Below are positions 49,990 to 62,912 of a stretch of DNA of 64,000 bases, piece by piece (within the stretch, counting starts at the first letter, position 1; every line of letters begins with the position of its first letter). Origin of the DNA: Camelus dromedarius (taxonomy: Eukaryota); the NCBI RefSeq assembly GCF_036321535.1, contig NC_087437.1, positions 113,896,001-113,960,000 of the forward strand. Direction: 5' to 3'. The translations under genes were made by a program, and so were the position numbers. The notes beneath the pieces were generated by a model. The model was given only the letters and a program-made list of their open reading frames with translations. It was not told the DNA's origin and ran no database searches.

Positions 49990-50290
49990 ACACTGTGGCT
50001 AAGATGTGACTCAGACTCTAGGGGAAGCCAGGTCTGGGTTCACATTCTGCCTCTGCCACCTAGTACCTCTGTATCCTTGCTCATGTCACCTCACTCCAAG
50101 TCTGCTTTCCTCCTCTGGAAAAGGGACACCATCCTAGTTAATATTTATGGAGTGCCTACAATGTGTCAGGCTCTGTTACCACCAAACGCAATGCCATTTC
50201 ACTGTCATAAGAAGAACACTACAAGGCAGGTGCCATTGCCTTGCCATTTTACAGGTGAGCAAACAGAGGCCCAGCACCCAGATGGAACCT
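49990..50290. mobile_element. Two MIRs in opposite orientation
   Basis: Plus-strand CTGGGTTCACATTCTGCCTCTGCCAC...TTTCCTCCTCTGGAAAAGGG, then minus-strand ATTTATGGAGTGCCTAC...CATTTTACAGGTGAGCAAACAGAGGC. Confidence 0.75.
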
Positions 50291-50489
50291 GGCAGTGAAG
50301 GTATTGGTACCCAACGTCTGTGCTCTCACAGTGTCTTCTGCTACCTCTCTAGTTTCTGAACCACTGCACTTCTCCCCCAGAGGACTCTTCTGACTCACTT
50401 CAGCATCCACCTTAAAGCATTGCTCCAAGGAGAAAATGAATCAGTACAGTTGGCACCCAAAGGAATTCACATGTGCGCTCCCTCGTCCA

Positions 50490-50805
50490 CTCCATGAATA
50501 TTGACTGACAGCCCCATGACAGTGTCAGGCACTATTCGAGGACTTGGGCATACAAGATGATCAAAGGCCCTGCCTTCTTGGAGCTTGTAATCTAGACAGG
50601 AAACAAGCCACAGCCGAATCAGTATATCCTCAATAAAACATCATAAATGCCATGAAAAAAAATGAAGCAGGGGATGAGTGACAATGTTGGTAGGCAGTGG
50701 GTGGACACGGGCGGAGGGCAGTGGGGAGGATGCTTCAGATAGAGGGAAGTGACCTTGAGCCAAGCCCTGACTGATGAGTAGAGAAAGCCATGCAGAGATC
50801 TGGTG
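50490..50805 (-). mobile_element. LINE-2 3' region
   Basis: TGTCAGGCACTATTC...CCCTGCCTTCTTGGAGCTTG...AGCCATGCAGAGATCTGG. Confidence 0.75.
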
Positions 50806-51495
50806 AATATTGCAATTGCGTTTATAAGAAAATGAATTGTGTGCTAATTTCTTAGCTTAACCAAAGAGAGAGTTCTTGTCAATAGTGTCAACAAAAGGCA
50901 TAATCTTTTTCCTTTCCTCAGTCCTCTAACAACAAAAGAAGAAAATGGAAAAACCGGGTGGGAAAGGAAGAAAGTATTCTGAAGACCAGAAGGAGTCTGG
51001 TTCACACAAACTCTGAAGGTATCATGAATGGAAAGAGACCATTTCCATCTCCTCGGCTGTTGATAATTCACAAAGTCTCCCGAAGACAAAACCACAGTTG
51101 GCCGCAGGTTTGTTGGTTTCACTTAATTCTCTGACCCTGACTCCTTGTGTGGCTGAAAGCATATTGTAATCACAGTAAATCGGGCCTCTCTTTGTTCCAT
51201 TAAAGGGAACCTGGGCCATTTCAAACACCATCCTCCCATCCAGGCTTGTTTTACAATGCTTTTCACTAAAGATTAGAGTTAATGCTTTTCTAAGAGGTTT
51301 GTCACAAAAGGGAGCTTAATTGGGGCTCATTTTCTCCCTCTACACATTTGTTCAAAAGCTTTACTTTTTAGAGAGTGTGTTTGTCATGAATGATTCAGTT
51401 CTACGGGTATAGATTATGACTTTGGAGAACCAGGTTAGCCATGCAGGAAGAGAAAAGCTCTCTTGGCTTTCTGGAACTATGACCAGACCCCTCTG

Positions 51496-51952
51496 TGTAG
51501 CAGGTTGAACAGTGCCCCCGAAAAGAGAGGTCCGAGGGCTAACAACCAGACCTGTGAGTGTGATATTCTTTGGAAATAGGGTCTTTGTGGATGCAGTTAA
51601 GGATCTCAAGGTGAGATCATCCTGGATTAGAACAGACCCTAAATCCAATGACAAAGGGAAAGGAGAGGGAGACTTGAGGGACAGGGGCACAAAGGGAAGA
51701 CCATGAGAAGACAGAGGCAGAGATGGCGGTTCACAGCCCCAAGCCAGGGAACACCAAGGATGCCAGCAGACTCCAGAAGCTGAGAGAGAGACGTGGAACA
51801 GATTCTCCTACAGAGCTTTCAGAGGAAACCAACCCTGCTGATACCTTGATTGTGGATTTCTGGCCTCCACAGTTGTGAGGGAATCAATTTCACTTGTTTT
51901 AAGCCAACAAATCTGTGGTGTTTTGTGAAGGCAGCCCTAGGAATCTCATACA
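51496..51952 (+). mobile_element. MaLR solo LTR (MLT1C-like)
   Basis: TGTAGCAGGTTGAA start, TTTGGAAATAGGGTCTTTG, GCAGCCCTAGGAA...ATACA end. Confidence 0.9.
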
Positions 51953-52384
51953 CTTGGTTTGAATCTTTGACACTGAATAGAAGACTCATTGTTAAGGGTC
52001 ATTTAGTGCCTTGGAACAATGGAGGATGTGACCCAGAATTCAAGTCAGAATATAGGTTTTATAGAGATGGTGTTGGCTACCTCGTGTCTACCTGGTCCCC
52101 CAGCTTTCTCCTCTCCCTGCCCTTGCCACCTGGGGGAAAGACCTTGGTCACAGTCACAAGATGGACTAACCCCAACTGAGCACACATGGCATCCATCCCT
52201 GCGGCCACACTGATTGGTAAAGCTGCTCACTGGCTCCAATGGAGTTTTTCCTTGGGCCTTTTTCATTGGAGTGGGAGGGAGAGATCTTTCCCAGCCACCT
52301 AATGAGACGTGAAGTCTGTGAATCCAGAGTGCCCATCCTCTCTTCCTGCAGGAAGACCCACACCGGGAAGCTGAGATCAGAACC

Positions 52385-52601
52385 AAGACTTCATGATCTC
52401 AGCGGGGGCACCACTGGCATTTTGCATGTGCAGTTCCTTATGGTGTGGGCATGTCCCGTGTGTTGCAGGACCATTGGTATTTCTGGCCCTGCTGCTAAGA
52501 TACTAGTAAATATCCCCCAGCCACTGTGACAAACCAAAATACCCGCATGTGTTTCCAAATGTCCCCTAGGGAAGCTGAGTCGCCCCTGGCTGAGAGCACT
52601 G
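52385..52601 (-). mobile_element. MER20-like MITE
   Basis: CCAAATGTCCCCTAGGG...CCCTGGCTGAGAGCACTG end. Confidence 0.75.
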
Positions 52602-53059
52602 GCAGACGAGCCTCGGAGTCAGTATCTCTGGGCCAAGACAGTGTGATTTAGTCGTGATCACAATAGAAATATACTTGCTGATGGCAAAGCTAGAGCAATT
52701 AGAAGTCCATTAGCGATGAGCTAGTTTACCTCTATAATCCTGTGTTTATCTCTGTGTTTTAAATTGAGTGACCAGCTCTCCTCTGACCACTGTTCTGAAC
52801 GTACTACATCCAGATGAAGCACACCAGCTGGTGACCCGCTTCCTTTCCTTACGGTGCCTTGGAAGATTTCTGTCTTCATCCCTTCTGTTTTGATTTATAG
52901 CTTAACTCTCAGAGAGTGGGCTTACTTCTAATTCCTTGAGGATATTAATTACTCTGGAGAGAAGGAAGCACTGGGGGAAGGCAAGCGGTGGGGCTTCAAG
53001 TGGAGCCAGGGCCTCATCACAGAACACCTGGGTTGGTCCTTCTCACGATGGCCATGAGG

Positions 53060-53325
53060 AAACAACGGAAGGAGCCCATCAGGGCTGACATAACCAGGCT
53101 TATGTGGTCATGAGGAGATGGGATTGAAGTCCATAAAGACGTGTCAGGGAGTCTAAGAGGCAGTTGTAGGGACCTATGAGAGCTGATCCAGGACAGGTCC
53201 AAGGCAGTAGCAGCAGGAACAAAGAAGAGAGAAAAGGTTTAAATAGTAATAATAAAAAGTTACCCTGAAATGGATACCAACCCGATGGAGAGAATAAAGG
53301 AGGGGAGAAATCAAGGGCACCTCAT
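53060..53325 (-). mobile_element. LINE-2 fragment
   Basis: AAGGCAGTAGCAGCAGGAACAAAGAAG...GGAGAAATCAAGG. Confidence 0.5.
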
Positions 53326-54319
53326 TTAATTAGATTTTCAAGATCATTGACGCTGGAATAGAGCCAAATTCTTTTGATGCTTTCAAGAGGCTTCCTCTAA
53401 CATTTTGCATGTTTAAAAGCAAGGGGATGGGATAATATCCCACACGAAAAAGGGAATTAAGCAATTCCAGAATTTGGAGGCTCCAACAAGCATATACTTT
53501 AGGAGAGCAGTTAAGAAGGAGTGCATTCCTAAAGTTTTCCATTCTATTATACTCATTTAACCCCCAGGAGCAAAAAAAAAAAAAATGTTTAAGAAATTAT
53601 TTAAATCAATCTCAGTGTTCTTCCTTAAGACAAAATTTTTTAAAAAGGCTACAGAAGAAATGTGAAAACTTTAGGCAGCTAAGAGCCTTCATGAACTACA
53701 TTAGAGGTATGCCTCCTTGAAACTCAAAATGAGCGAAGCCACAGAAGACACGATGCAGTTGGCCGTGGATGGGGATAATGGGCAGAGGCGGGAGGGTGGG
53801 AGGAGGATGAGCATCAGTAAAGTGCGCTGCTGAAACGCTGGATAAGAGACCTCACTTCACGGTGCGCACACTGGACATGAGAGACGGGAGCAGGGCCTGG
53901 AGAGGGGAAGAGTCTGCTTCTTCTCTGGAACAGTTTACAAGAAAAAGAAGCAGAGAGCTTACCGCCTGCATAAAATTTGGTGCCAATAGCACCGGAGTCC
54001 TCAAAGGTAGAAGCCAGAAAAAGTTTGGAACTTCTCTGTATTTAACACGTATCAGTCCTTGAATTCAGGTTTCAAGGTGGATGGTTCCTGATTTTTGAGA
54101 CCGTGGGCGTGGGAGAGGGAGAAATCCCTTCCAAGCACCACAAAGACATTTCTGGTTGTGCAAAAGTAAAGAAACAAAGGGATGTTTGGAGATTTAGTTC
54201 CAAGGAGCAGGAAAGGAGGCCTTCAGGGAGATAATTAGGGGGTGGGGGGAGGGGAAGCCCGTGGCAGGCAGGGCCCGGCCCCTGACCCGGTGCAGGGCTG
54301 CTTTCCCGGAGGGCTGAGC

Positions 54320-54620
54320 TGGATTTGGCTGCCAATGTGTGCCGCTTTGCCCTTCAGTGTGAAAATAGGTTGCATACGTTTTCAACATTGATGAATATAG
54401 GTATTTTCCATAGAGATGCAGATTTCGGGCTCCTTATGAAGTCTCTGAAGGTCTGGCTGTGCCAAGCCCTCATTCCCACAAGGCAACAGTTGCACGTGCT
54501 GGGGAGAGAAGGGGGCCTCTCCACCATGCCACCTCCCTGTGGTCACGTCCGCCTGCTCCGCTCATGCTCTCAGGCCCGGTCTGCTTAGTACTTGGCCTTG
54601 GGACCCACGGGCTCCAGAAA
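54320..54620. mobile_element. hAT-Charlie relic (MER102-like)
   Basis: CAGATTTCGGGCTCCTT...GAAGGTCTGGC...CATTCCCACAAGGCAACA. Confidence 0.6.
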
Positions 54621-55061
54621 AGCTGACTAGCTCTTGACATACCTGAGAGACAGTCCCTGGGGACAGGCAGGGCTCGGGGTGGCCTCCAAGTTTACAGGTT
54701 CAACGCTCTTAGAGGGGGGACCGTTTATCCCTCCACATGGAATCCAGTGTGCCTCAGCACTCTGCGCATTGTAGCTTCGGAAGCTTCTGGAAACAGTACC
54801 CTAGAAATAGGATGGCCGACTCATAATGGGCACCTACAGTGAAAGCAGAGTTAGCCTCTCAACATGGTGTCATGAAATTGCCTGCAGCCGTGTGGTGGCT
54901 GGATGGAGAGAAAAACAGCGGGGGCGGGGGGTGGCACACACGGGGACCACAGGAAACACTGTATGTAGTGGGAGTTGGGGTGGGAAGCTTAAGCTATGAA
55001 ATTTACTTAGTGAAATAAAAATGACTCCCAGATATACCAGATGAATATTAAAAGCTTCCTA

Positions 55062-55064
<3 letters not shown>

Positions 55065-55136
<72 letters not shown>

Positions 55137-55172
55137 CATATATATGTGTATATATATATATATTTATATATG
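55065..55172. repeat. Long (TA)n(CA)n(TA)n compound microsatellite
   Basis: Seen directly. Confidence 0.97.
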
Positions 55173-55510
55173 TCTTCATCCTAGAAATTCTACTTGTAGG
55201 ATATTTGCCTTAAAAAAAAGGCATAGATGTGTACAAAGTTTTCATTTAAATGATTGCTATTTAATATAATTTATAGTGACAAAGAATTGGCAACAAGTTT
55301 TAAAATCTGCCACAGTTGGACAGTGGTTAAATATGTTTGTATCATCTATGTAATAAATTCCATGTTGCCATTGAAATTCTTTCCAGGGAGTTACTTAGGA
55401 TATTTAAACACATGTTACAAAAATAATATGCATGGTATAAGGCCATTTTTATTAAAAATATGAACATACATGGAGAAATACTCAAGTTTACACATTAGAT
55501 TAGTTTACTC
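55173..55510 (+). mobile_element. Ancient L1ME-like fragment
   Basis: AATTCTACTTGTAGGATAT...GATGTGTACAAAG...TTTATAGTGACAAAGAATTGG...TGGTTAAATA. Confidence 0.6.
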
Positions 55511-55519
55511 TGGCTTTAG

Positions 55520-55940
55520 GAACAAATGATCAATATACATTGTGGTTTAAAACAACAGAAATGCATTGTCTCACGGTTTTGGAGGCCAGAAGTTCAGCAG
55601 ATTCACTGGGCTAAAACCAAGGGATAGGCAGGCCTGAGCTCCCTCCAAAGGGAGAGAAAGAGAGACAGAGCTTCTGGTGACTACTGGCTTTCCTTGGCTT
55701 GTGGCCACATAACTCCAGTCTCTGTCTCTGTCTTTATAGCTCCTCCTCCTTTTCTGCGTGTTTCAGCTCCCCCAGCCTCTCCCTTATAAAATCCCTTGAG
55801 ATTGGATTTAGGGCCCACCCAGACAATCCAGAAAAATCTCCCCATGTTAAAGTCATTAACTTAATCACATCTGTAAAGTCCCTTTTAACTTGTAAGGTAA
55901 CACTGACAGTTTCCAAGAGTTAGGACCTGACATCTTTATC
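55520..55940 (-). mobile_element. MaLR LTR (MLT1C/D-like)
   Basis: GGTTTAAAACAACAGAAAT and ATTGGATTTAGGGCCCACCCAGACAATCCAG...AACTTAATCACATCTG. Confidence 0.85.
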
Positions 55941-57117
55941 ATCATTTCATCTGCAGGCCTCCCAAATGTGAGAAAGATCTTTTCTATCCTTGTATTGCTT
56001 CTATTCTTTCTTAAAATGAGCCTCCGATAATTTCATTAAAAGGACTTTATTTCTATTAGATTCAAATGAACAAGATATTTATGAATTCTCACTCTCTATC
56101 TGACCTTGGAGTATTTCTGCCTAGAAGTCAAAAAAGAAACCAAAAGTATGCACGTAAAATCTTTGCCCTTTAGAGTATTGAAACGTGTGTTCAATATTCA
56201 AGATTTAAGATATGTTTTCTGAAAATGCAAACAGTGTATATTTTTGATTTTATCAAATATGAGGTTGGAGAGTATAGAAAAGTAAGAAAATTTAGAAAAA
56301 AATCAAAAGAAGAGAGAGAAGAAGGTAGACTTAAGTAATTACCATGAACTCTTGGGAGGCATGCTTCAACATGGGCTTTAGGTCCGAGTAGAGACTAGGA
56401 TTTAATGCAATACCATCTAAAAGCCATGGTTGTCATGATTTAGAAGAATGTCCAGCAGATGTTTCTACTGCACAAAAAGCAAGGAGGGGGTATAGGGACG
56501 TGTAAAATGTGAAAGAAAAAAAGAACTATTTCATAGATCAGTGGGGCTCAAATTCTGAAAAGCCTTTACTATTAAGAAAAAGATTTGTTCCCAAGAGTAA
56601 GACATACCATTAAAACCAGGAAGTAATATAGACATCATTTTCAGTCCTGAAAGGTGAGCGGTAAAGAAGACAATTCCTTGATTCACTTCAGATGAGGAAT
56701 CTGGTTACACTTCCAAAAAGGAGAGAAGGCACTAGGACAGAGAAAGTCCCCTCCTGCTTCCATATTTGTGTGCTAGTTTCTGAGCTATAGTGGGAGATGC
56801 ACATGTTTTAGATAGGTTTCTTGTCCTCGGGAGCTTATAATTCAACAAGAAGGATGTGAATAAACCACACTGATGCAAAGGGTTATGCAATCAAAGTCAG
56901 GAAAGGCACCAATCAGCGCCTCCAGAATCAGAGGTGAGAGAGCCTGCTCTTAGAGCGGCAGGGACTACAGAGCAGAGGAGGCTAAGTGGAGAGGGCAGAA
57001 TGAGAATGATACGCTTTTTAAAAATTGGAAGGAATGAAGGCAGAAAAGCAATAATGGTGATAGCTAAACTTATCTAGTTATATGCCAGACACCGGGCTAA
57101 GATTTTTTTTTCAATCA

Positions 57118-57679
57118 GTTAGGAAGAAAAATGTTTCCTCTACCCTCTTAGGTTCATTATCTAGGGGTATGTGAATTAAACTAAGAAAAGATGGACTAAC
57201 AAGAGAAAGAGTACACAATTTGTATTAATATTTATGTGTATGAGAAGTCACAGAACAGAAGTGAAACTCAAATAAGTGGTTAGACCTAGGGGTTTATATA
57301 CCCTCCCAAAAGAACAACAACAACAACAAAAACAACAAAAAAAGAGGATTTGGGCTTTAAGGAATGATAAATCATGGGGAAGTAACGAGGAAATATATGG
57401 GGGAACCAAAGGAAGATAAGAGCTATTTAAATAAGGTCTGTTTATGCAAACTCATCTTAGCGTTGCCTCCCTGTCGTCAGTGATAAAGGTTGCCCTTTTC
57501 TTCCTAGTAGAGGCGGGAGGGGCACCTTTCTCAAAGGGAAATTTATGCTCTGGTTTTAGGCAGATAAAAGGGGAAGGCAGAGAACTCTTTATCAGTTGAT
57601 GCTCAATTATTTTCAACTTAAAATAATACTTAGGCCAAAGTGGCAAAAATTTGGTTGGCATATTCTGATCTCCTCCACA
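57118..57679 (-). mobile_element. ERV1 solo LTR (MER34/MER39-like) nested in a MIR
   Basis: Reverse strand begins TGTGGAGGAGATCAGAATATGCCA...GCCACTTTGGCCTAAGTATTATTTT; MIR-like sequence on both sides (about 57055-57115 and 57700-57790). Confidence 0.8.
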
Positions 57680-58257
57680 ACAAATATGCATGATACGAAT
57701 AACGGCTATGATGTAGGCACAATTTTTGCCTTTTTTTTTTTGTAAGTGGAGAAACTGAGAAACAAGGAGTTTATGTTCCAATGGGCATGCCTGAGGGAAA
57801 GGGAGGTATTCACTTTGCTGGAGGGTAGGGTAAGCGATAAGGGTAATACTCAAGTCATTTCCAAATAAGAAGCTGAAAAACTTCTCAATGCACTGCCCTC
57901 ATTTTCTTCCTTTTTCAGAAGAACTAAGTGGTTTCACCATTCTTTAACTGGTTCCTTTTCCTCCTGCTGAGTCAAAAAGCATTCAAGGGACATTTTCATA
58001 AATCAATAAATTGAAATAGAGCAGGTGAGGAACAGCAAGAAATAAGAGAGAAACTCAGGAGGATTATAAGGATGAGAAGGAATGAGAGAAAGTCCATTCT
58101 GAAGCTCTCATGTACTATACTCTTAAGAAAGAAAAAAAATGCAGAAAGTTGTATAAAAATAGAGCAGCAAGCTAAGTTTCTTTTACCAAGTGAAATTTGA
58201 AAAGCACAACTCAATAGCTGATAAAGTACGGGGGAAATGTGTTTGCTTACAGAAAAT

Positions 58258-58302
58258 GTGCACACACACACACACGTACACATACACAGATGCACGCATA
58301 TG
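58258..58302. repeat. (CA)n microsatellite
   Basis: Seen directly. Confidence 0.85.
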
Positions 58303-58754
58303 CAGTCCGCTAGTTACTGGACTTCACAGACCTGAAAAATCATTAGGCAGAAAGCATAAACCAGCAGAAAGCTCATTAGATGAAAAACCTGACTGATGTT
58401 CTGGTACTGACGAACAGCTGACCAGGGCAGTCTATAAAGAGTCCAGGTTCAGGAACCTAGCCCCCCCAAGTGCTCCATCTGATTTGGCACAGCCCACGAC
58501 TAAAGGTGATGCTTGAAAACGCAGATCCTGTCACCAGCACCTTCCGTCCGTCTGCAGACAGGCTTGGTGATATAGCATGGCACCAGAGAAGCCCACATCT
58601 GTCCCTGTTTTGGGGGGAAAAAGAAATCAAACTATGGGATGCTCTCACCTGACTAATTCATGGTGAGTTTATTATTTGAGTTCCTAAAACCTATTATGCT
58701 GACTCTAGGAAGGTACAGCATTCTAGATGTCACGGCTCTTGCCTTGAGGGGCAT

Positions 58755-59339
58755 TGTACTAGTTTTCTATGGCTCTGTAACAAATTTCCACAAAGCAGCT
58801 AGCAGCTGCTCTCAAATTTCCCCAGCAGCTTTAAACAGCGCCCATTTATTAGCTCTTGCTTCTCCAAGTCAGAAGTCTATGCCTGGGATCTCCTCTCTGG
58901 GTCTTAGGAGACTGAGATCGGGTGTTGGGTGGCTGTGTTCTCATCTGAAGACTCTGGGAGGAAAGTCTGCTTCCACACTCACTGAGATTGCTGGCAGAAT
59001 TCATGTCTTTGAGTTTGTAGGGCTGAGATTCCCATTTTCTGTCTGGCTATTCACATCTAGGGACCACCCACATTCCCTCCCTTTCTAAAGTCAATGGTGA
59101 AGACCCTCCCTCACACTGGATCCCTCTCACTCTTGGATCTTTCTCCCCAGGAAGAGCCCTGTCTCTTTTTTCCCATCACCTGATTAGGTCAGGCCCACCA
59201 AGAGTAATTTCCCTTTCTTAAAGCCAATTGATTTTGGATCTTCACTGCACCTGCAAAATCCCTTCACTGGAACACCTGGATTAGTGTTTGTACACCAGCA
59301 GGCAGAAATCTCCAGAGTCATCTTAGAATTCTGCATACA
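58755..59339 (-). mobile_element. MaLR solo LTR (MLT1E-like)
   Basis: TGTACTAGTTTTCTAT start, CACCTGATTAGGTCAGGCCCACC, CATCTTAGAATTCTGC end. Confidence 0.85.
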
Positions 59340-61274
59340 AGTATCTGAAAAATATTCATTGAATAGCGAATGAATGAGATAGCAAATGAAGAAAATCCTG
59401 ACATTTCCATGGAATTATTCAAAAGTGAAAGACAGCAGAGCTTTTTTATAATTTCATCCCACATCTGCTCAGTGCTTCATTGTTTACAAAGAGCCTACAC
59501 TCACATTAAGTATCCGTTTGCTGTTAACAGCAACTCTGTAATGCAGACCTATGGGGCAAAGTCCATTATTCATCTTCCCTAGAACTGTGTTCTTCGAACT
59601 TCTGGTCCTGTGCTCCTTCAGCTATGAGAAACTACAATTTCCTTTGGACTGATCTCAGACACACTCTCTAGTGACAGTGAAAAATGTGGCAGAGAGAGAA
59701 AAATAGGAGAGGTGGAACCTAGTAGGAGACCCATGAGCCAGGGACGGTCAGGGATGGGGATCCTGGCTTTTCTACAGAAGCCATCTCCCTACGTCCAAGC
59801 ACGAGTCTGTGCCAAGGACCCACCTCTGCAATCTGACATGGGGTATGAGACCTCAGCAGGGGATTCAGAACCAGATGAGTCATGCTGTCAGTGTTGGGCC
59901 AGTGGGCAGTTGTCACCAGCGAGGTTACTCCTTAGGTTGTGGCACCCCAGTTATCTGCTGACTGTAGCTGTTGCGTCCCTAATCCCAGGCTGAGAAGTGG
60001 CATTACTGAAGCAAGGAGCAGGTCATCTGCCATTTTCCCATCATTCAAAGCCAATCAGGACAACATTAGTGGGAGAGGAGGATGAAGGAAAGCTGAACCT
60101 TCCAAGGACCAGGCAGGAAGATGGACAGGGGAGGCTTGGGCTGGGAGGCAGGAGCTTGAACAAAGACCTGTCCCTTAGTATCACGAAGGGTGGGGTTGAG
60201 GCTATTAAGTCTGCTTCAGCGGGGATTCTTCACCAAACGAGGCCAGAAGAGGTTGGAGGTGGGGCGTCTGTGGTTCCTGGGTGGGGGAGCCGGGGGCAAC
60301 AAGGCAGAAATGGAGAGGAGATAAAGGCATCCATGCAAAGTTGACCAGACTCTCTTCTAGTGAGTTTCACTGCCCACATGAACCCAGAGCTTCTGGGCAT
60401 CCCATTGACTCCTGAAAGATGAGCTCATTGTATCTCCATTTTCAGAAGATCGAGAGCAGGGAAAAAGACTGGATGGTGAAAAACAGCACCAGCCACAGCC
60501 CATTCACCTGGTTCTAGTCTACCCGCTCTCGGCCCAGCCACTTAATGCCACTGTTTAAAGCCAGTGGTTGAACTTTATGGTTTACATGATCCCTTCTCGC
60601 CATAAATTCTACGTAGTATGTCGAGTTTTGGTTCTCTGGACTACATTAAAGAGACTCACTCTGGGATTAATAACAGTACACAGCAGCCTTCTCACATTCC
60701 TTCCTTTCTTTTTTTTACAGTTATGGCCCCAACAGCACTATAAAGTGCTCAAATCTTAAAAACTAATTCACTGAATGTGTCTCTTTTTCGGCATCAGCTG
60801 GAACAAACATCCCTACATCCGCGGTTGATTGCTGGCGTGTGGAGCAGCAGTTGCACGCCCGTGGATGGAAGGAAGCTGCAAGATGTTGTGTTCATGGCAT
60901 GCTGTTCACCCCAACACACTGGCTGCGAGGTCTGCCACCCAACTTGCAAAGAGGCTCCTTCAGAAAGCTTCCAGTCACTTTACTCCATTTGACCAATGTA
61001 AACAAGAACTACCAAAAAAAAAAAAAAAGTTTAGGAATGATCAACATGGGGAGACAAAAAGTTAGGGTGGAATTTTACAAACCGTGTTCTTGTTGGAGGT
61101 GTGTGTCCAATTGTTCATAGTTAACTGCAAATTCTTTGGAACACAAATCTTTACAATCAGATCTGTCTTCATCATTTGGGAACAGCATTACAGCTGATTC
61201 TTGAAGCCATAGTTTTCCTGTGATGTGAGTTTAATGAATGGTCTTCTTTTTTTTTTTTTTTTTTCAGTTTAATT

Positions 61275-62075
61275 GGGCCCAAAATCTTGGAGTCCTCTTT
61301 GATGCTTCTTCAACTCACTGCAATCTTCTTGGCCTTCCCTTCAAAAAAATTTCCAGAATCCAACCACTTCTCACCACCCTCTATTGCTTCCATATCCTGA
61401 GCCAATGATATCTCTCCTGGTCGACCCCATTGGTCTCCTAAAAGATCGCAGAGTTCCCAACCTTGCTCCCCATGGTCTATGCTTAACACATCAGCTAGAG
61501 TGTCCATCACTTCCGTCAGCCTCAATGACTCTTCTGCCAGGACCCTTCAGTGGTTCTCCATTACACAAAAAACAGCAACCAAATTCCGAGAGGGTCCATC
61601 ATGCCCTTTGCAATCTCCTCTCTCACTCTGGTCTCCCTTTACCCGCTCAGCACCAGTATCGCTTGTTTCCATGTTGGTCCCACGCCCTCCAGTCCACCTC
61701 CTCAGGACACAGATGTTTCCTCTACCTGGAATATTCTCCTCTCAGACATCTTCTTGGCCGGTTACCTCTCCCCCTTCAGGCTTCGCTCAAATTTCCTCTC
61801 AATGAGGCTTTACTTGACCTTTCCATGTAGTATTGCAACTTCCCCCAGCAATCCTGCCCCTCCTTACCTTGGTCTGCCTTTTTTTCATAGCCCTTAGCAC
61901 TTGTAATATAATGCATTTATTTACCATAAATATTGTTTCATTTTTGTCTCCTTTGCTGGAATGTAAGCTGCATGAGGGCAGGAATCTCAGTCGTGTTTTC
62001 TGATGTATCCCAAACACCTAGAATAGTGCTGGGCAGATAAGAGCTTTCAAATGAAATGTCACATTCATGCATGTT
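61275..62075 (+). mobile_element. LINE-2 (L2a-like) 3' region
   Basis: CCAGAATCCAACCACTTCTCACCAC and GAATGTAAGCTGCATGAGGGCAGG...CACCTAGAATAGTGCTGGGCA. Confidence 0.85.
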
Positions 62076-62354
62076 GAAAATCAAATTAAACAATAAGTTT
62101 TCATTAAATATAATAAACTGAAATACGTTCACTTAGATAATGTTTTCTGTGCTCCTTCTTCTAAATTGTCTAGCACTGATTACATCAAAAGACCACAATT
62201 ACTACCTCCCACATTCTTTTAGTATAGTAGCCTTCTTACCACCAAGTGAGCACTTTATAGAACCTTCCCTCACCTCCTCCCTATAAACTTTAATTTATAT
62301 AAAAAACTATTTTGGATGAAGCTGACACACAACTATAATTTCAAGCCACTTCAC

Positions 62355-62650
62355 ATTGCATTTGTTCCAGTTCCAGAAGAAACAGAAGGCAGACTCAAAC
62401 CGGAATGAGCTGAGGACAGAGTCACATGGGCAGGGCGTGTTTCCTCATCACAGCCCCAAGAAACGCAAGCTGGGAAAACAAAGGCTGATTTCACCCGTCT
62501 GCTCACCCCCTGGCACCTTCCTGGGCTCCCTTTAGCTGAACCCAACTGGGACCAGAGAGCAAAAGGGCTCACTGAGGCAATCCTCAGGGATCACCCTCTC
62601 AGAGCATGGAGAGGCGTGGAGAAGGATGGAGGGGCAGGTCACCAGCACAC
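62355..62650 (-). mobile_element. ERVL LTR relic (LTR33-like)
   Basis: GCTGAACCCAACTGGGACCAGAGAGCAAAAGGGCTC...GTGGAGAAGGATGGAG...CCAGCACA. Confidence 0.65.
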
Positions 62651-62699
62651 CGAAAAAGAGGCATGATCCACGGTAAAGAGGTTAGATACCGACTGCACC

Positions 62700-62912
62700 G
62701 GTGGATTTCAGAATTCAGATGACATATTGCATCATAATCTCACGGACATATGCCTAGATACAGAAGTGTTTTTAATTACATGCTTCTTAAACCCAGTACT
62801 TACACTTACCACCTGCAAAAAAAAAAAAACAAGAAAAACTTATGCTGTTATGTTTCAGCGCTGCTTGCAGCCCATTAAACTGATTTCACAACCTACAATT
62901 TGAAAGCCTCTG
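62700..62912. mobile_element. hAT-Charlie relic (MER112-like)
   Basis: GCAGCCCATTAAACTGATTTCACAACC...TTTGAAAG terminal motif. Confidence 0.5.
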
